A stretch of 64,000 nucleotides of DNA from a virus. Its lineage: Duplodnaviria > Heunggongvirae > Uroviricota > Caudoviricetes. Shown piece by piece: positions 1 through 8,750 of this stretch. The notes beneath the pieces were generated by a model. It saw only the letters and a list, made by a program, of their open reading frames with translations, searched no databases and had not been told where the DNA came from. The DNA lies in IMG/VR virus record IMGVR_UViG_3300044451_000174, positions 10,722 through 74,721 of that record. One strand, given 5' to 3'. A program made the position numbers and the translations under genes. Every line of letters begins with the position of its first letter. The first letter of the stretch is position 1.

Positions 1-70
1 GCAGCATCGACCGGATCGAGGTCACGTCGTTCCCGAAGCCGAAGGCCGGTCCCGACGAGAGAGAGAAGAA

Positions 71-358
71 ATGATCACCGAAGAACAAGTGGAGCGGCTC
101 AATCTGGCGACCCTCGAAGGCGACCTCCCGTTGTGGGACGTGGTGATCGAGGGGAAGGAATGGACCGCTCTCTCGTTCGAGGGTGCGTGGTATCTGGCCC
201 CGGTCAACTTCAAGTTCGGCAACGAAACACATCCCGGCCAGCCGTACCTCGAAATGGACCCTGAGAAAATCACGGTCGTCGGCGAAGATTACTTGAAGTC
301 CCTCCCCAAGTGGGACTTCGATCACGTCAGCGGAAAGATCACACATGAACAATCTTGA
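71..358 (+). CDS. hypothetical protein (95 aa)
   Basis: Complete ORF. The next gene start overlaps its end. Confidence 0.45.
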   Translation: MITEEQVERLNLATLEGDLPLWDVVIEGKEWTALSFEGAWYLAPVNFKFGNETHPGQPYLEMDPEKITVVGEDYLKSLPKWDFDHVSGKITHEQS

Positions 359-1475
359 TAGGAAACGGGGCTGTCTGTACGGCCTCGCAATCGGTGACGC
401 TCTGGGGGCTGCGGTCGAGTTCCGTTCCCCCGGAACGTTTGCGTTGGTGACCACCTACCGTTCGGGCGGGCCGCACAGCCTCGCCAAAGGCCAGTGGACC
501 GACGACACGTCGATGGCTCTGGCGTTGGCGCACAGCATCGGCGAGAAGGGTTGGGATTTGAAGGACCAGATGAGCCGTTACTTGGACTGGTTCCAGAACG
601 GCCGCTACAGCGTGAACGGGTTCTGTTTCGACATCGGGTGTACGACCCGTGACGCCTTGATGAACTTCGAGCGCGACGGAGATCCCTGGAAGTCGGGCGA
701 CCCGGCACCCGGATCTTCGGGCAACGGCAGCATCATGCGATTGGCACCCGTTGCGATTCACACCGCCGATCTACTAGCCGAAGGCCACGTCAGCCCTCTC
801 ACCGAGAAAGCCTCAGACTCCAGTCAGGTGACGCACGCGAGCGACCAGTGTCGGTCGGCGTGTCGTTATATGAACTTGGTGCTGGCTGGCCTTATTAACG
901 GCGAGTCTAGGGAAACGGTGTTGGACCCGGAGTGGGAGCCGGTTCAGATTGCCAGGAAGTCCGAGCAATTCGACCCGTTGATCGAGAACGTGATTCAGGG
1001 GAGTTACCGGAACAAGACGCCGAACATGGTTCGTGGGTCGGGTTGGGTGGTGGCGTCTCTGGAAGCGGCTCTGTGGGCGTTCCACGACGCGGACAGTTTC
1101 GATGAGGCGGTACTTCGCGCCGTCAATCTGGGTGAGGACGCGGATACGACGGGTGCGGTGTGTGGGCAGTTTGCGGGGGCGTATTGGGGGTTGGGCGGGA
1201 TTCCGGCGAAGTTCGTGGACGGTTTGGACCGGAAGGACATGATCGAGTCGGCGTTGAAGGCGTTGGGTTGTCCGGCCCCGGCGCGGGAGTTGAAGGACTA
1301 CATTGATTTTGGTCCGAAGGAAGACGACGGGACGCGGGTGTGTCTGCACGAGAACGGCGGCAGCTATTATGGCGACACGAACCCGGCGACGTACAAGTGT
1401 ACACGAACCCGGCGACGTACAAGTGTAAGGATTGTGGGGGCTTCTTTTTGCAAGACGAGGCGGCGTGGCGGCTAG
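345..1475 (+). pseudogene. ADP-ribosylglycohydrolase (ARH/DraG family), frame broken near the C-terminus by a 26-bp tandem duplication
   Basis: N-terminal CLYGLAIGDALGAAVEF and DDTSMALALA motifs are typical of the ADP-ribosylglycohydrolase family. The frame shifts at 1375-1426. Removing one 26-bp copy joins this ORF in frame to ORF 1340..1729. Confidence 0.7.
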
Positions 1476-1729
1476 ATACCGTCATGAACTTCAAAGAATG
1501 GCTGACGATAGTCGAGGACACGAAGCGTTCGGGTGCCAAACTGGGTTTGTACCCGGACATTGTGAATTTGATGGGTCAGCACCCGCCGCTTTACGGAATG
1601 CCCCATGCGGCCGATTACATTACTTACTTGTACATCAAGTACGGTAAAGACGGCCCGCCGTCAGAGAACGGCATCATCAAAGTGAAACCCGGTCGGAACG
1701 TTACCGACCGCTACTTACCACCGGAGTGA
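1340..1729 (+). CDS. C-terminal continuation of the ARH fusion protein (translated alone only if the frameshift is real)
   Basis: Contains the same NPATYKC peptide as the end of 345..1475. A KDCGG Cys motif follows. Confidence 0.5.
   Translation: MSARERRQLLWRHEPGDVQVYTNPATYKCKDCGGFFLQDEAAWRLDTVMNFKEWLTIVEDTKRSGAKLGLYPDIVNLMGQHPPLYGMPHAADYITYLYIKYGKDGPPSENGIIKVKPGRNVTDRYLPPE
1375..1426 (+). repeat. perfect 26-bp tandem duplication acacgaacccggcgacgtacaagtgt, two copies
   Basis: Read directly in the sequence. Copy 1 is 1375-1400 and copy 2 is 1401-1426. Confidence 0.9.
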
Positions 1730-1730
1730 C

Positions 1731-2063
1731 ATGCACGACTTGGTTGCAGAGTGTCTGGCAAAAGGCATCCCCGTCATCAACTCGACCAGAACCGAGGAAG
1801 ATTACCGTGCCGAGCGGTTCAAGCAAGAAGAAGAAAACCTTGCGAACCACGTCTTCATCAGCGGCGTCAAGGATGAGGGCTGCCGGATCGATCCCGAAAC
1901 CAATCAGGTGATTCGCCGGATCTCGTTCGACTACAATTTCTTCCAGTCGTGTTTGCACTTAGGGGAGATGCACGATTTCGCTGGTGCGTTCGACGCCGAA
2001 CACAAGCAGCGGCTGGCGGATCAACTGTTCGCGGCACTGGAAAGGGCAGAGATCAGGCTATGA
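1731..2063 (+). CDS. hypothetical protein (110 aa)
   Basis: ORF. The next gene start overlaps its stop as ATGA. Confidence 0.5.
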   Translation: MHDLVAECLAKGIPVINSTRTEEDYRAERFKQEEENLANHVFISGVKDEGCRIDPETNQVIRRISFDYNFFQSCLHLGEMHDFAGAFDAEHKQRLADQLFAALERAEIRL

Positions 2064-2311
2064 AAACGATCTATACAGAAGACGAGATCCGGTCGATGAT
2101 TTCTAAGGTGACGGGTGTGTTCCCGAACATGATCAAGTTCGTGGTTCGCCGGGACGACGGTGCCAGACTGAACCGTTCGGATTTCGAGATCGAAGCGGAA
2201 TGTGAGATGCCCGCGCCGCCTCCGAGGACGGGCGACAAGTTGGAAGACGCACTGAACAAGTGTCGGCAGTGGGAAATGTCCGACGCGGAACTCGCAGAAC
2301 TGGAGAAATGA
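2061..2311 (+). CDS. hypothetical protein (83 aa)
   Basis: ATG at 2061 overlaps the upstream stop. Begins MKTIYTEDEIRS. Confidence 0.5.
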
Positions 2312-2577
2312 CCATGAACGAGATCAACTGGATCGAGGGGACGCCGGAAAAAGAGGGTCTGTACTGGGTACACGACATGCTCAACGGCGTGCTGTTCGCG
2401 ATGGTGGTCGCCATTGACGAGGAAGAGAACGGCAACAACCTGTACTACTACATCATGGGTTGCGACATGGGGTTCCCCGTGAGCCAACTCAGCCACTACT
2501 CCCCGGTGACGCCGCCGACGCCACCAGTAGGCACCAGCCACATCGTAGACCTCGGCGGCTACGAGGAGGAAGAATGA
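2308..2577 (+). CDS. hypothetical protein (89 aa)
   Basis: ATGA overlap with the upstream stop. Begins MTMNEINWIEG. Confidence 0.5.
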   Translation: MTMNEINWIEGTPEKEGLYWVHDMLNGVLFAMVVAIDEEENGNNLYYYIMGCDMGFPVSQLSHYSPVTPPTPPVGTSHIVDLGGYEEEE

Positions 2578-2813
2578 GACTGTTCGAGTTGAAGGAACTG
2601 GTTGACAAGCTATACGAGGACGAGGCCAACCACAACCTGAAGATCATCGCGTCCTGCGGATTCGATGATCTGAGTTATAGCGGCGTGGCGACGAGTTGTG
2701 AGATAGCGTTCCAACAGGACGACGGCTCGTGTTTCACGGAAGACCTCTACGAAGAGGGCGAAGAGATCGAGGGCGAGAAGGTTATCGTGATCGCCGGCTG
2801 GCAGGGCGATTAG
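2574..2813 (+). CDS. hypothetical acidic protein (79 aa)
   Basis: ATGA overlap. Begins MRLFELKELVDKLYEDE. Confidence 0.5.
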   Translation: MRLFELKELVDKLYEDEANHNLKIIASCGFDDLSYSGVATSCEIAFQQDDGSCFTEDLYEEGEEIEGEKVIVIAGWQGD

Positions 2814-3298
2814 TCCTTGAACATGTTGTCGTAGGCCGACCGGATCTTCTGCCGCAGGCCGACCAGTTCTTTGTACATGTCTTGCAGGTGATTGTTCCCG
2901 GCTGTTCCGGCCGTGCGGACGGTTTGACTGTAGCCATTTCCGCCGAGCCTTGAGACGGCGGAAGTCGCCATGTCGCCGTACCGCTCCGGGTTGTCTTTCA
3001 TGTCCGACACGATCATGTCGATGTCCTTCATGGCGTAGTAGACGCGGTTCGAGAGGGCGTCGGTGTGTTGCCCGGTTTCGATTTCGCCGCGTGTCGTGCT
3101 GTCCATGTTGATGATGGCGGAATAGAGCTTCTGGGCGGCGTCGGCGATGCCGTACACGTCCTGTTGCGGCACTTGCTGTTTGCCCTTGAGGTTGTTCATG
3201 AACTTGCGGATGGCGACAGCGGCCTCGAAGACGCTGTTGAAAGCGACCTGTGCGGGGTGAGAAAGGGACGATTCGATCCACTGACGGAAAGTTTGCAT
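2810..3298 (-). CDS. hypothetical protein (162 aa)
   Basis: Complete minus-strand ORF. It is divergent from the gene starting at 3333. Confidence 0.55.
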   Translation of the reverse strand: MQTFRQWIESSLSHPAQVAFNSVFEAAVAIRKFMNNLKGKQQVPQQDVYGIADAAQKLYSAIINMDSTTRGEIETGQHTDALSNRVYYAMKDIDMIVSDMKDNPERYGDMATSAVSRLGGNGYSQTVRTAGTAGNNHLQDMYKELVGLRQKIRSAYDNMFKD

Positions 3299-3332
3299 GC
3301 CTTAGTTATTGTCGGGAGCGGCTAAATAAGGC

Positions 3333-4610
3333 ATGGAATTCAGTATGTCATTCCGCTCGTTTATTGAGCTTGGGCCGCTGGACGTTACGGTCGAAGAGAT
3401 CGGCGGTCTTAGCGAACACGCGATCCTCGGCAACTACGAGGACGGCTACAAAAAGTTTCGCGTGACGTTCCACGCGCCGAAGAACCAGCGGAAGTGGAAG
3501 ACCGGCGACTTCGCCGAGGACGTGGTCTACGTCATCGCCGACAGCCCGCACACGGCCAAGAAGATGGCCCAGGAGTGGTTGGGCAACAAACTCGACCCCA
3601 GAGAGAACGACGAGAAGCCCCGCCGCGTCCCCAAAACCAACTACATGCGCAGCACGGAACGCCGGCACTTCGACATGCGGAGCCGCATCGTCGGAAGCTG
3701 GCGTCAGGTCGTTGAAATGTTGGGATACGCCGCCGAACGCCGCCACAACACCGTGGACTTCGTAGACGAACCGGAGCTTGAAATTCTGGTTGACGCACTG
3801 AAGGGCCGGGTCAAGCAGAAACTGATCGACGGGTTGAGCGAACCGGAGCGGAAGGGTCTGCGGCAGTTGTTGAAGGCGTCGAAGACGAATCCGGGGCAGT
3901 GGGGCGGGAAGCACGGGAAGGGTGCGGCGGATCTGGCCCGTGAACTGACGGTGATATTGTGGCCGCGCCGGGACAAGGAAGAGGGGATCGAGTCGGGTCC
4001 GGCGGCGAAGCCGGTCGAGGGCGGGTACGGCTACAAGAACAGCGTTTACCGCCGGAAGCTGACGAAGCGTGACGTGGACGCGATCATGAGCCGGGTGAAC
4101 ACTTACGGGGACGCCGTTCGCGAAGCGAATCGGCTCGGTATCCCGAAGTCCGAACTGGACGGCGTCGTTCAGTCGCGCTACGAACACAGCGACAGAGAGT
4201 ACGCCGAGAAGCGGATGATTTACGCCGACCTGTACAAGCGGCTGCACATCCCTTCGACCCACGACGCTTTCGGCGACGACCACGTCGCCAAATACTGGAG
4301 CAAGCGGAAGTTCGACTGGGAAGCGTATGCGACCGAGGTGTTGCCGACGTTCGGACTGGAGACTATTAGGAACAAGCCGGGGATGGAAGCCGGCTACCAA
4401 GACGACGACGAGTATTCGACGTGGGCGATAGACTGGTTGTGGAACCTGTACCGTTCCGGTCCTCCGCGTAGAGAGGGGACTGCGGCGACGAGGTACAAGG
4501 AGGCGTTGCACGAGATCCTGTCGGGTACGCTGGAGGACAAGAAGAACAAACGCGAGCCGGTGAAATACGTTCCCGGCGACATCTTCGGCGACGAGGAGAT
4601 TCCTTTCTGA
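3333..4610 (+). CDS. hypothetical protein (425 aa)
   Basis: Long ORF with non-repetitive composition. A TAAGG ribosome-binding site lies upstream. Confidence 0.6.
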   Translation: MEFSMSFRSFIELGPLDVTVEEIGGLSEHAILGNYEDGYKKFRVTFHAPKNQRKWKTGDFAEDVVYVIADSPHTAKKMAQEWLGNKLDPRENDEKPRRVPKTNYMRSTERRHFDMRSRIVGSWRQVVEMLGYAAERRHNTVDFVDEPELEILVDALKGRVKQKLIDGLSEPERKGLRQLLKASKTNPGQWGGKHGKGAADLARELTVILWPRRDKEEGIESGPAAKPVEGGYGYKNSVYRRKLTKRDVDAIMSRVNTYGDAVREANRLGIPKSELDGVVQSRYEHSDREYAEKRMIYADLYKRLHIPSTHDAFGDDHVAKYWSKRKFDWEAYATEVLPTFGLETIRNKPGMEAGYQDDDEYSTWAIDWLWNLYRSGPPRREGTAATRYKEALHEILSGTLEDKKNKREPVKYVPGDIFGDEEIPF

Positions 4611-5389
4611 TGAAACAGTTCACACGCTGGTTGTTGGAGAGCGTCGGCCGATTTTTGACCGACGACTTGGACGCGAAGCTGCAAGACATGGCGCAGAAGA
4701 TCGCCGACGCGGTGCCGCAGGTTTACCAGACCAGAGAGCCGGTGTCCCTCGGCCAGTTGATGTCGAAGCGGATGAACTCCGAGACGGGCAAGACGCAGCG
4801 ATTTCTCCGCACGTTCGAGGTAGTTTACGACGACCAGAGGATCGGTGCGGCGTGGGACGACGAGCGTAGCAACAAGGTGGTGGCGAACGCTTTCAAGTTG
4901 AAGGGGCGTTCGGCCGACGCGATCTACAGCATTCTGGTTCACGAATTGATCCACTCGACCGATCCGAGGGCCGGCGAACTGACGGGCAGTAGTGCGGACA
5001 TGAAGCTCGACAACGATGCCGACTACAAGAACTATTACAGTCTGCGGCACGAGTTCGACGCCTTCAGCGGAATGATCACCAACTGGATCGTGCGGAAGAT
5101 GAAGACGGCCGAGGAAGCGAAGGCGTTCCTTCAGAACGCGGCGCGGGGCAGGAGCGAGGGTTTGCCCCCGGATCTGGCTCCGAGGTTCGACAGGTTCATG
5201 AAGCTCGACCCGAAGTTGAGGAACAAATTCTTGAGAAGGGTGTACGAGGCCGTCAAATTGAAGATGTCCGGTCAAAAACCCCGGACCAGCGTTCCCCTCA
5301 ACAGAGGCGTTCACCAGCAACCGGGGTATACGGGCGAAGACGTACCGCAGACACAACAGCCGGCATACGTTCCGAAGACGACTCAGTGA
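4610..5389 (+). CDS. hypothetical protein with HExxH motif (putative zincin-like metallopeptidase)
   Basis: Contains ILVHELIHSTDP. Its start overlaps the upstream stop. Confidence 0.45.
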   Translation: MKQFTRWLLESVGRFLTDDLDAKLQDMAQKIADAVPQVYQTREPVSLGQLMSKRMNSETGKTQRFLRTFEVVYDDQRIGAAWDDERSNKVVANAFKLKGRSADAIYSILVHELIHSTDPRAGELTGSSADMKLDNDADYKNYYSLRHEFDAFSGMITNWIVRKMKTAEEAKAFLQNAARGRSEGLPPDLAPRFDRFMKLDPKLRNKFLRRVYEAVKLKMSGQKPRTSVPLNRGVHQQPGYTGEDVPQTQQPAYVPKTTQ

Positions 5390-5691
5390 CCGAGGCACTT
5401 GGCGACGATTTCCTCTGCGGTCATGGTCGCACGGATCTGTGACGGGATCTTGTTCTCTTTCTTGAGCAGGTGATCAAGGTACTTGTCAACTTCGCCGACA
5501 ATGTACACCTTCAGGTCGGCCACCTTTTTGTCGTACTCGGCGAACAGGTCGGCTTCGACGTTCGCCAGCTTTAAGTTGAGTTTGTTGTACTCGTCCGTCC
5601 TTTGAAGGAACGCCGCCCGGACGTTTTCCAGTGCCAGTTCCAGCGTGGCGATCTTCTCTTCTAGTTTCTTGTCCAACCACTGATTGCTCAT
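5383..5691 (-). CDS. hypothetical coiled-coil protein (102 aa)
   Basis: ORF with heptad-like composition. A GGAG ribosome-binding site and a TATAAT element sit upstream on the minus strand. Confidence 0.5.
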   Translation of the reverse strand: MSNQWLDKKLEEKIATLELALENVRAAFLQRTDEYNKLNLKLANVEADLFAEYDKKVADLKVYIVGEVDKYLDHLLKKENKIPSQIRATMTAEEIVAKCLGH

Positions 5692-5714
5692 TGTTTCTCC
5701 CGGTTGTGAGTTGA

Positions 5715-5720
5715 ATTATA
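5715..5720 (-). promoter_or_regulatory. candidate -10 element TATAAT for the minus-strand gene 5383..5691
   Basis: The plus-strand sequence attata reads TATAAT on the minus strand, about 22 nt upstream of the start codon. Confidence 0.3.
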
Positions 5721-5798
5721 ACCGGGCGGGACTCTGTTAAGAAACAAGAATGGCAATTCTCACAGGCTTCACTCCATACGGGAGAAGAAAGGGTTCAA

Positions 5799-6446
5799 AT
5801 GGCAATTCTCAAGGGGTTCCCGCCGAGCAACTGCATCAGTCCGACGATCCACATCACGGAGTACGATCTGAGTCAGATGGCGGGGTGTTACAACGTGACG
5901 GTTTCGGAGAAGGACTTGGAGCCGTACAAGGCCAAACCGCTGTCGAAAGCGGATCAGCAGAAGAAGTACCTTCTGGGCAACGTCTGGCTCCAGAAGAAGG
6001 AGTACGGCAAGTGTTTCCGGCTTGAGATCGAAGCGATGTTGGATCGGTTCAAGCCGCTCGGCATGAGTCTGGGCGTGGGCGAGAACATGATGAAGGATCT
6101 GATGCGGGTGGCGTCGGACGCGCAGGAAGTGTTCTGCCGGGACAACATGTCTTTCCAGAAGGGTCCGACGTGGTTCCTGTGGATGGAGTACCACGTCATT
6201 CACGCCCTGAGTGGGTTCCTCCAGACGGATCTGCGGCCGGCGTGGGTGAAGACGTGGGAGGGGTATGCCGGCGACGGCGTGTCGTGGGTGAAGTGGCGGA
6301 TGAGCGAGAAGCTGGACTACCCGACGCCGCTGGCGACCAGAATGAAGGAGGTCGATCCAGAGAGGTGCAAGGTGCGGGAGACGAAGACGAAGCCCCGCAA
6401 CGTGATTGCCACCAGAAAGCTGTCAACGTTGCAATACTGGTTCTAA
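5799..6446 (+). CDS. hypothetical protein (215 aa)
   Basis: Complete ORF followed by a terminator hairpin. Confidence 0.55.
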   Translation: MAILKGFPPSNCISPTIHITEYDLSQMAGCYNVTVSEKDLEPYKAKPLSKADQQKKYLLGNVWLQKKEYGKCFRLEIEAMLDRFKPLGMSLGVGENMMKDLMRVASDAQEVFCRDNMSFQKGPTWFLWMEYHVIHALSGFLQTDLRPAWVKTWEGYAGDGVSWVKWRMSEKLDYPTPLATRMKEVDPERCKVRETKTKPRNVIATRKLSTLQYWF

Positions 6447-6450
6447 ATCA

Positions 6451-6480
6451 AACAAGCCCGGCCAGAAGCCGGGCTTGTTC
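6451..6480. terminator. bidirectional rho-independent terminator hairpin between convergent genes
   Basis: Stem aacaagcccggc with loop cagaa and stem gccgggcttgtt. T-rich sequence follows. Confidence 0.6.
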
Positions 6481-6484
6481 GTTG

Positions 6485-6769
6485 TTAGCGGTTGACGGTC
6501 GGACAGCGACCGTTGGGGCAGGTTGACGGCCAGTTGACGGTTTGCCAGACGGTTGTCGGCTGGAAGTGGACCGTTGTCGGCGCGGCGTAAACGACGGTCG
6601 GCGGGTTCGCGTGTACGGTCACGACGGTTTGGCACGAGGTGGGAGCGGGTTGACAGGTTGAGACGGTCTGGCAGGTGTTGCACTTCCGTTTGCCGAAGGC
6701 TTGTGCGTCCTGTGCGAGCAGGAAGACGGCTGCGGCGACGGCGAGTGCGGTGATGCACTTCTTCATGGG
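6485..6769 (-). CDS. small secreted Cys- and Thr/Val-rich protein (94 aa)
   Basis: Signal-peptide-like N-terminus MKKCITALAVAAAVFLLAQDAQA. An AGGAG ribosome-binding site lies upstream. Repeated TCQTV and PTTV peptide motifs. Confidence 0.5.
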   Translation of the reverse strand, partial: PMKKCITALAVAAAVFLLAQDAQAFGKRKCNTCQTVSTCQPAPTSCQTVVTVHANPPTVVYAAPTTVHFQPTTVWQTVNWPSTCPNGRCPTVNR

Positions 6770-6987
6770 AAACTCCTGATGATCGACCTTCCGGTCGAGT
6801 TCCTTGCTGGTAGTGGGAAGTCCACTCCGCGTCCGGCGGTCCAGCGGGGTTACTTTAGGCATGATCGTCACCTTTGTCAACTTGATAATTTCCGGGCGTG
6901 TGGTTTACAAGGTGTGTGAGGCGGTCGATAATGCCAGTTGCGGGTTGATAATTCGCACCCGTAGTACCCCACAGTTCGGAGAGTCAA

Positions 6988-8289
6988 ATGGGAAGTTTCA
7001 ACGAAAACTGTGCCTTGAGCAACCTCGCCATCGGCTACGGGGACAAAGTCAAGTTCCTCTTCCTGACGCAAAACCCTTACGTCCAATCCGATCAACGGAT
7101 TTTTCAACGGGGCTGCTACCTCTACGACCAATGGTTCGTGCGGACGCCGCCGATGTCGGGCAAGTACGACGACTACGGCCGGGCCGAGATCAAGCCGTCG
7201 CCGCTGCTCGATCTGGTGGTGAAGAAGTTCCAAGACGACGTGGTCGTCAAGCCCTACGGGTTCAACCAGTGCCACGCCGTCCCGGTGATGTTGGGGAAGC
7301 CCTTCGATCACTACGTCGAGGCGGCGTGGGAGGGTCGCCTAGAGGTACAAGACCACTGCACACGGCCGCGTTCTGACGGCCCCGCCCACTGGCCGACGTG
7401 GGAGAAAGTGCATCACCTGCTGAAGAAAGCCGGTCTGCTCATTCACATGGAGATCGACCGTTCGACGGTGCCGAATGAGGACAGCGAAGACGAAGACAAG
7501 ATGGAGAAGTTGGACGAACAGCGGGACGGGTTCAACGCACAGCCGGTCAAGCCGGGCGTGGTGTGCCTGACGTTCGTGAGTTACAACCACACGCTCGAAC
7601 TGAAGAAACTGCGAGCGGCCGAGAAGGTGCTGTCACAGACCTACGACTGCAAGCTCGCGTACCACATCCCCGACCGCAAGTACGAGCCGGCACTGATCGT
7701 CTCGCCGAAGGGGGCGTTGAAAGACCCGTCCCTGCTTTTCGACGCGGCCGAGGCGAAGCGAGCGGTGAAAGAGTACCCCGAAAAGCACGGCAACTACAGG
7801 AAACTGCCGGTCGCGATGGTGGTGGTGCGTGACGACGTGTGGAAGGCGTACACGTCGATGAAGATCAAGTCGTGGCGGGACAAGGAGCCGCTGACGGTCG
7901 GCGCGTTCTACGAGAAGTTGAAGAAGATCACCACGAAGGAACGCCGGATGCAGGACAGTCTGGGCGGGAAGAAGGATCTGCCGGAAGACATTCTGGACGA
8001 TCTCCCGTACCTTTCCGACCTGTCGTTCCGCGAGGTACTGAACTCGATTCCGTACCAGACGATGCCTCATTCGCACATCATGAGTGCGGCGGAAGACAAA
8101 GAGTTCCCGCTCGATCAAGTTCTGCAACCGTGTGCGGAACTGGCGATTGTGGAACACGTCATGGCTCACCGTCACCAGTCGCGGTCGTTGCCGTCGCTCG
8201 GCAGTCAGGACGACAACTGGGACATCCAGAAGAAGATCCTGAAGAAACTGGTGGCAATCGCCGAGAAAGAAGACAAGAGGGAATACTAA
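6988..8289 (+). CDS. hypothetical protein (433 aa)
   Basis: Long ORF. Confidence 0.55.
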   Translation: MGSFNENCALSNLAIGYGDKVKFLFLTQNPYVQSDQRIFQRGCYLYDQWFVRTPPMSGKYDDYGRAEIKPSPLLDLVVKKFQDDVVVKPYGFNQCHAVPVMLGKPFDHYVEAAWEGRLEVQDHCTRPRSDGPAHWPTWEKVHHLLKKAGLLIHMEIDRSTVPNEDSEDEDKMEKLDEQRDGFNAQPVKPGVVCLTFVSYNHTLELKKLRAAEKVLSQTYDCKLAYHIPDRKYEPALIVSPKGALKDPSLLFDAAEAKRAVKEYPEKHGNYRKLPVAMVVVRDDVWKAYTSMKIKSWRDKEPLTVGAFYEKLKKITTKERRMQDSLGGKKDLPEDILDDLPYLSDLSFREVLNSIPYQTMPHSHIMSAAEDKEFPLDQVLQPCAELAIVEHVMAHRHQSRSLPSLGSQDDNWDIQKKILKKLVAIAEKEDKREY

Positions 8290-8750
8290 TGGCACGCAAC
8301 ACCGACATCCGGGGTCGTCTCAAGAAGGAACTGAGCGACGACATCGACCGGATCGATGAGAAGCTGGACCGCGAGACGAAGCCGTCCAGCTACCCGATTT
8401 ACATCCTCGAACTCGGTGACGCCGAACCGGAAATCGTGTTCCCGGCCGGCAAGAAAGACCTGATGCACGTCACCTTCTGGCACAATACGGTGGCGCGACG
8501 TGTCGCACGGAAGCTCAAAATCCCTCTGGAAGAGATCCTGAACCTGCCGTACTGCCAGCGTCGGGCGCGGATCTGTGGCAAGAGAATCTACTACGGCGAA
8601 ATCACACAGCATTCGTGGACCGGGCTGTTGAAGCTCAAGCGGCAGATCCAGAATGCGGTAGGCGAGAGGGGCTTGGGATTCGTCTACGAGGAACACGAAT
8701 CCCGTTCGGAGTTCGACGTGGCCGAGTTCAAAGCCCTAAGTCGATCATGA
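8289..8750 (+). CDS. hypothetical protein (153 aa)
   Basis: The ATG at 8289 overlaps the upstream TAA as TAATG. Begins MARNTDIRGRLKKE. Confidence 0.5.
   Translation: MARNTDIRGRLKKELSDDIDRIDEKLDRETKPSSYPIYILELGDAEPEIVFPAGKKDLMHVTFWHNTVARRVARKLKIPLEEILNLPYCQRRARICGKRIYYGEITQHSWTGLLKLKRQIQNAVGERGLGFVYEEHESRSEFDVAEFKALSRS

Noticed and set aside
3348-4511. 387-aa minus-strand ORF
   Set aside because: Antisense to the 425-aa plus-strand gene. Its Arg/Pro/Val-rich composition is typical of shadow ORFs.
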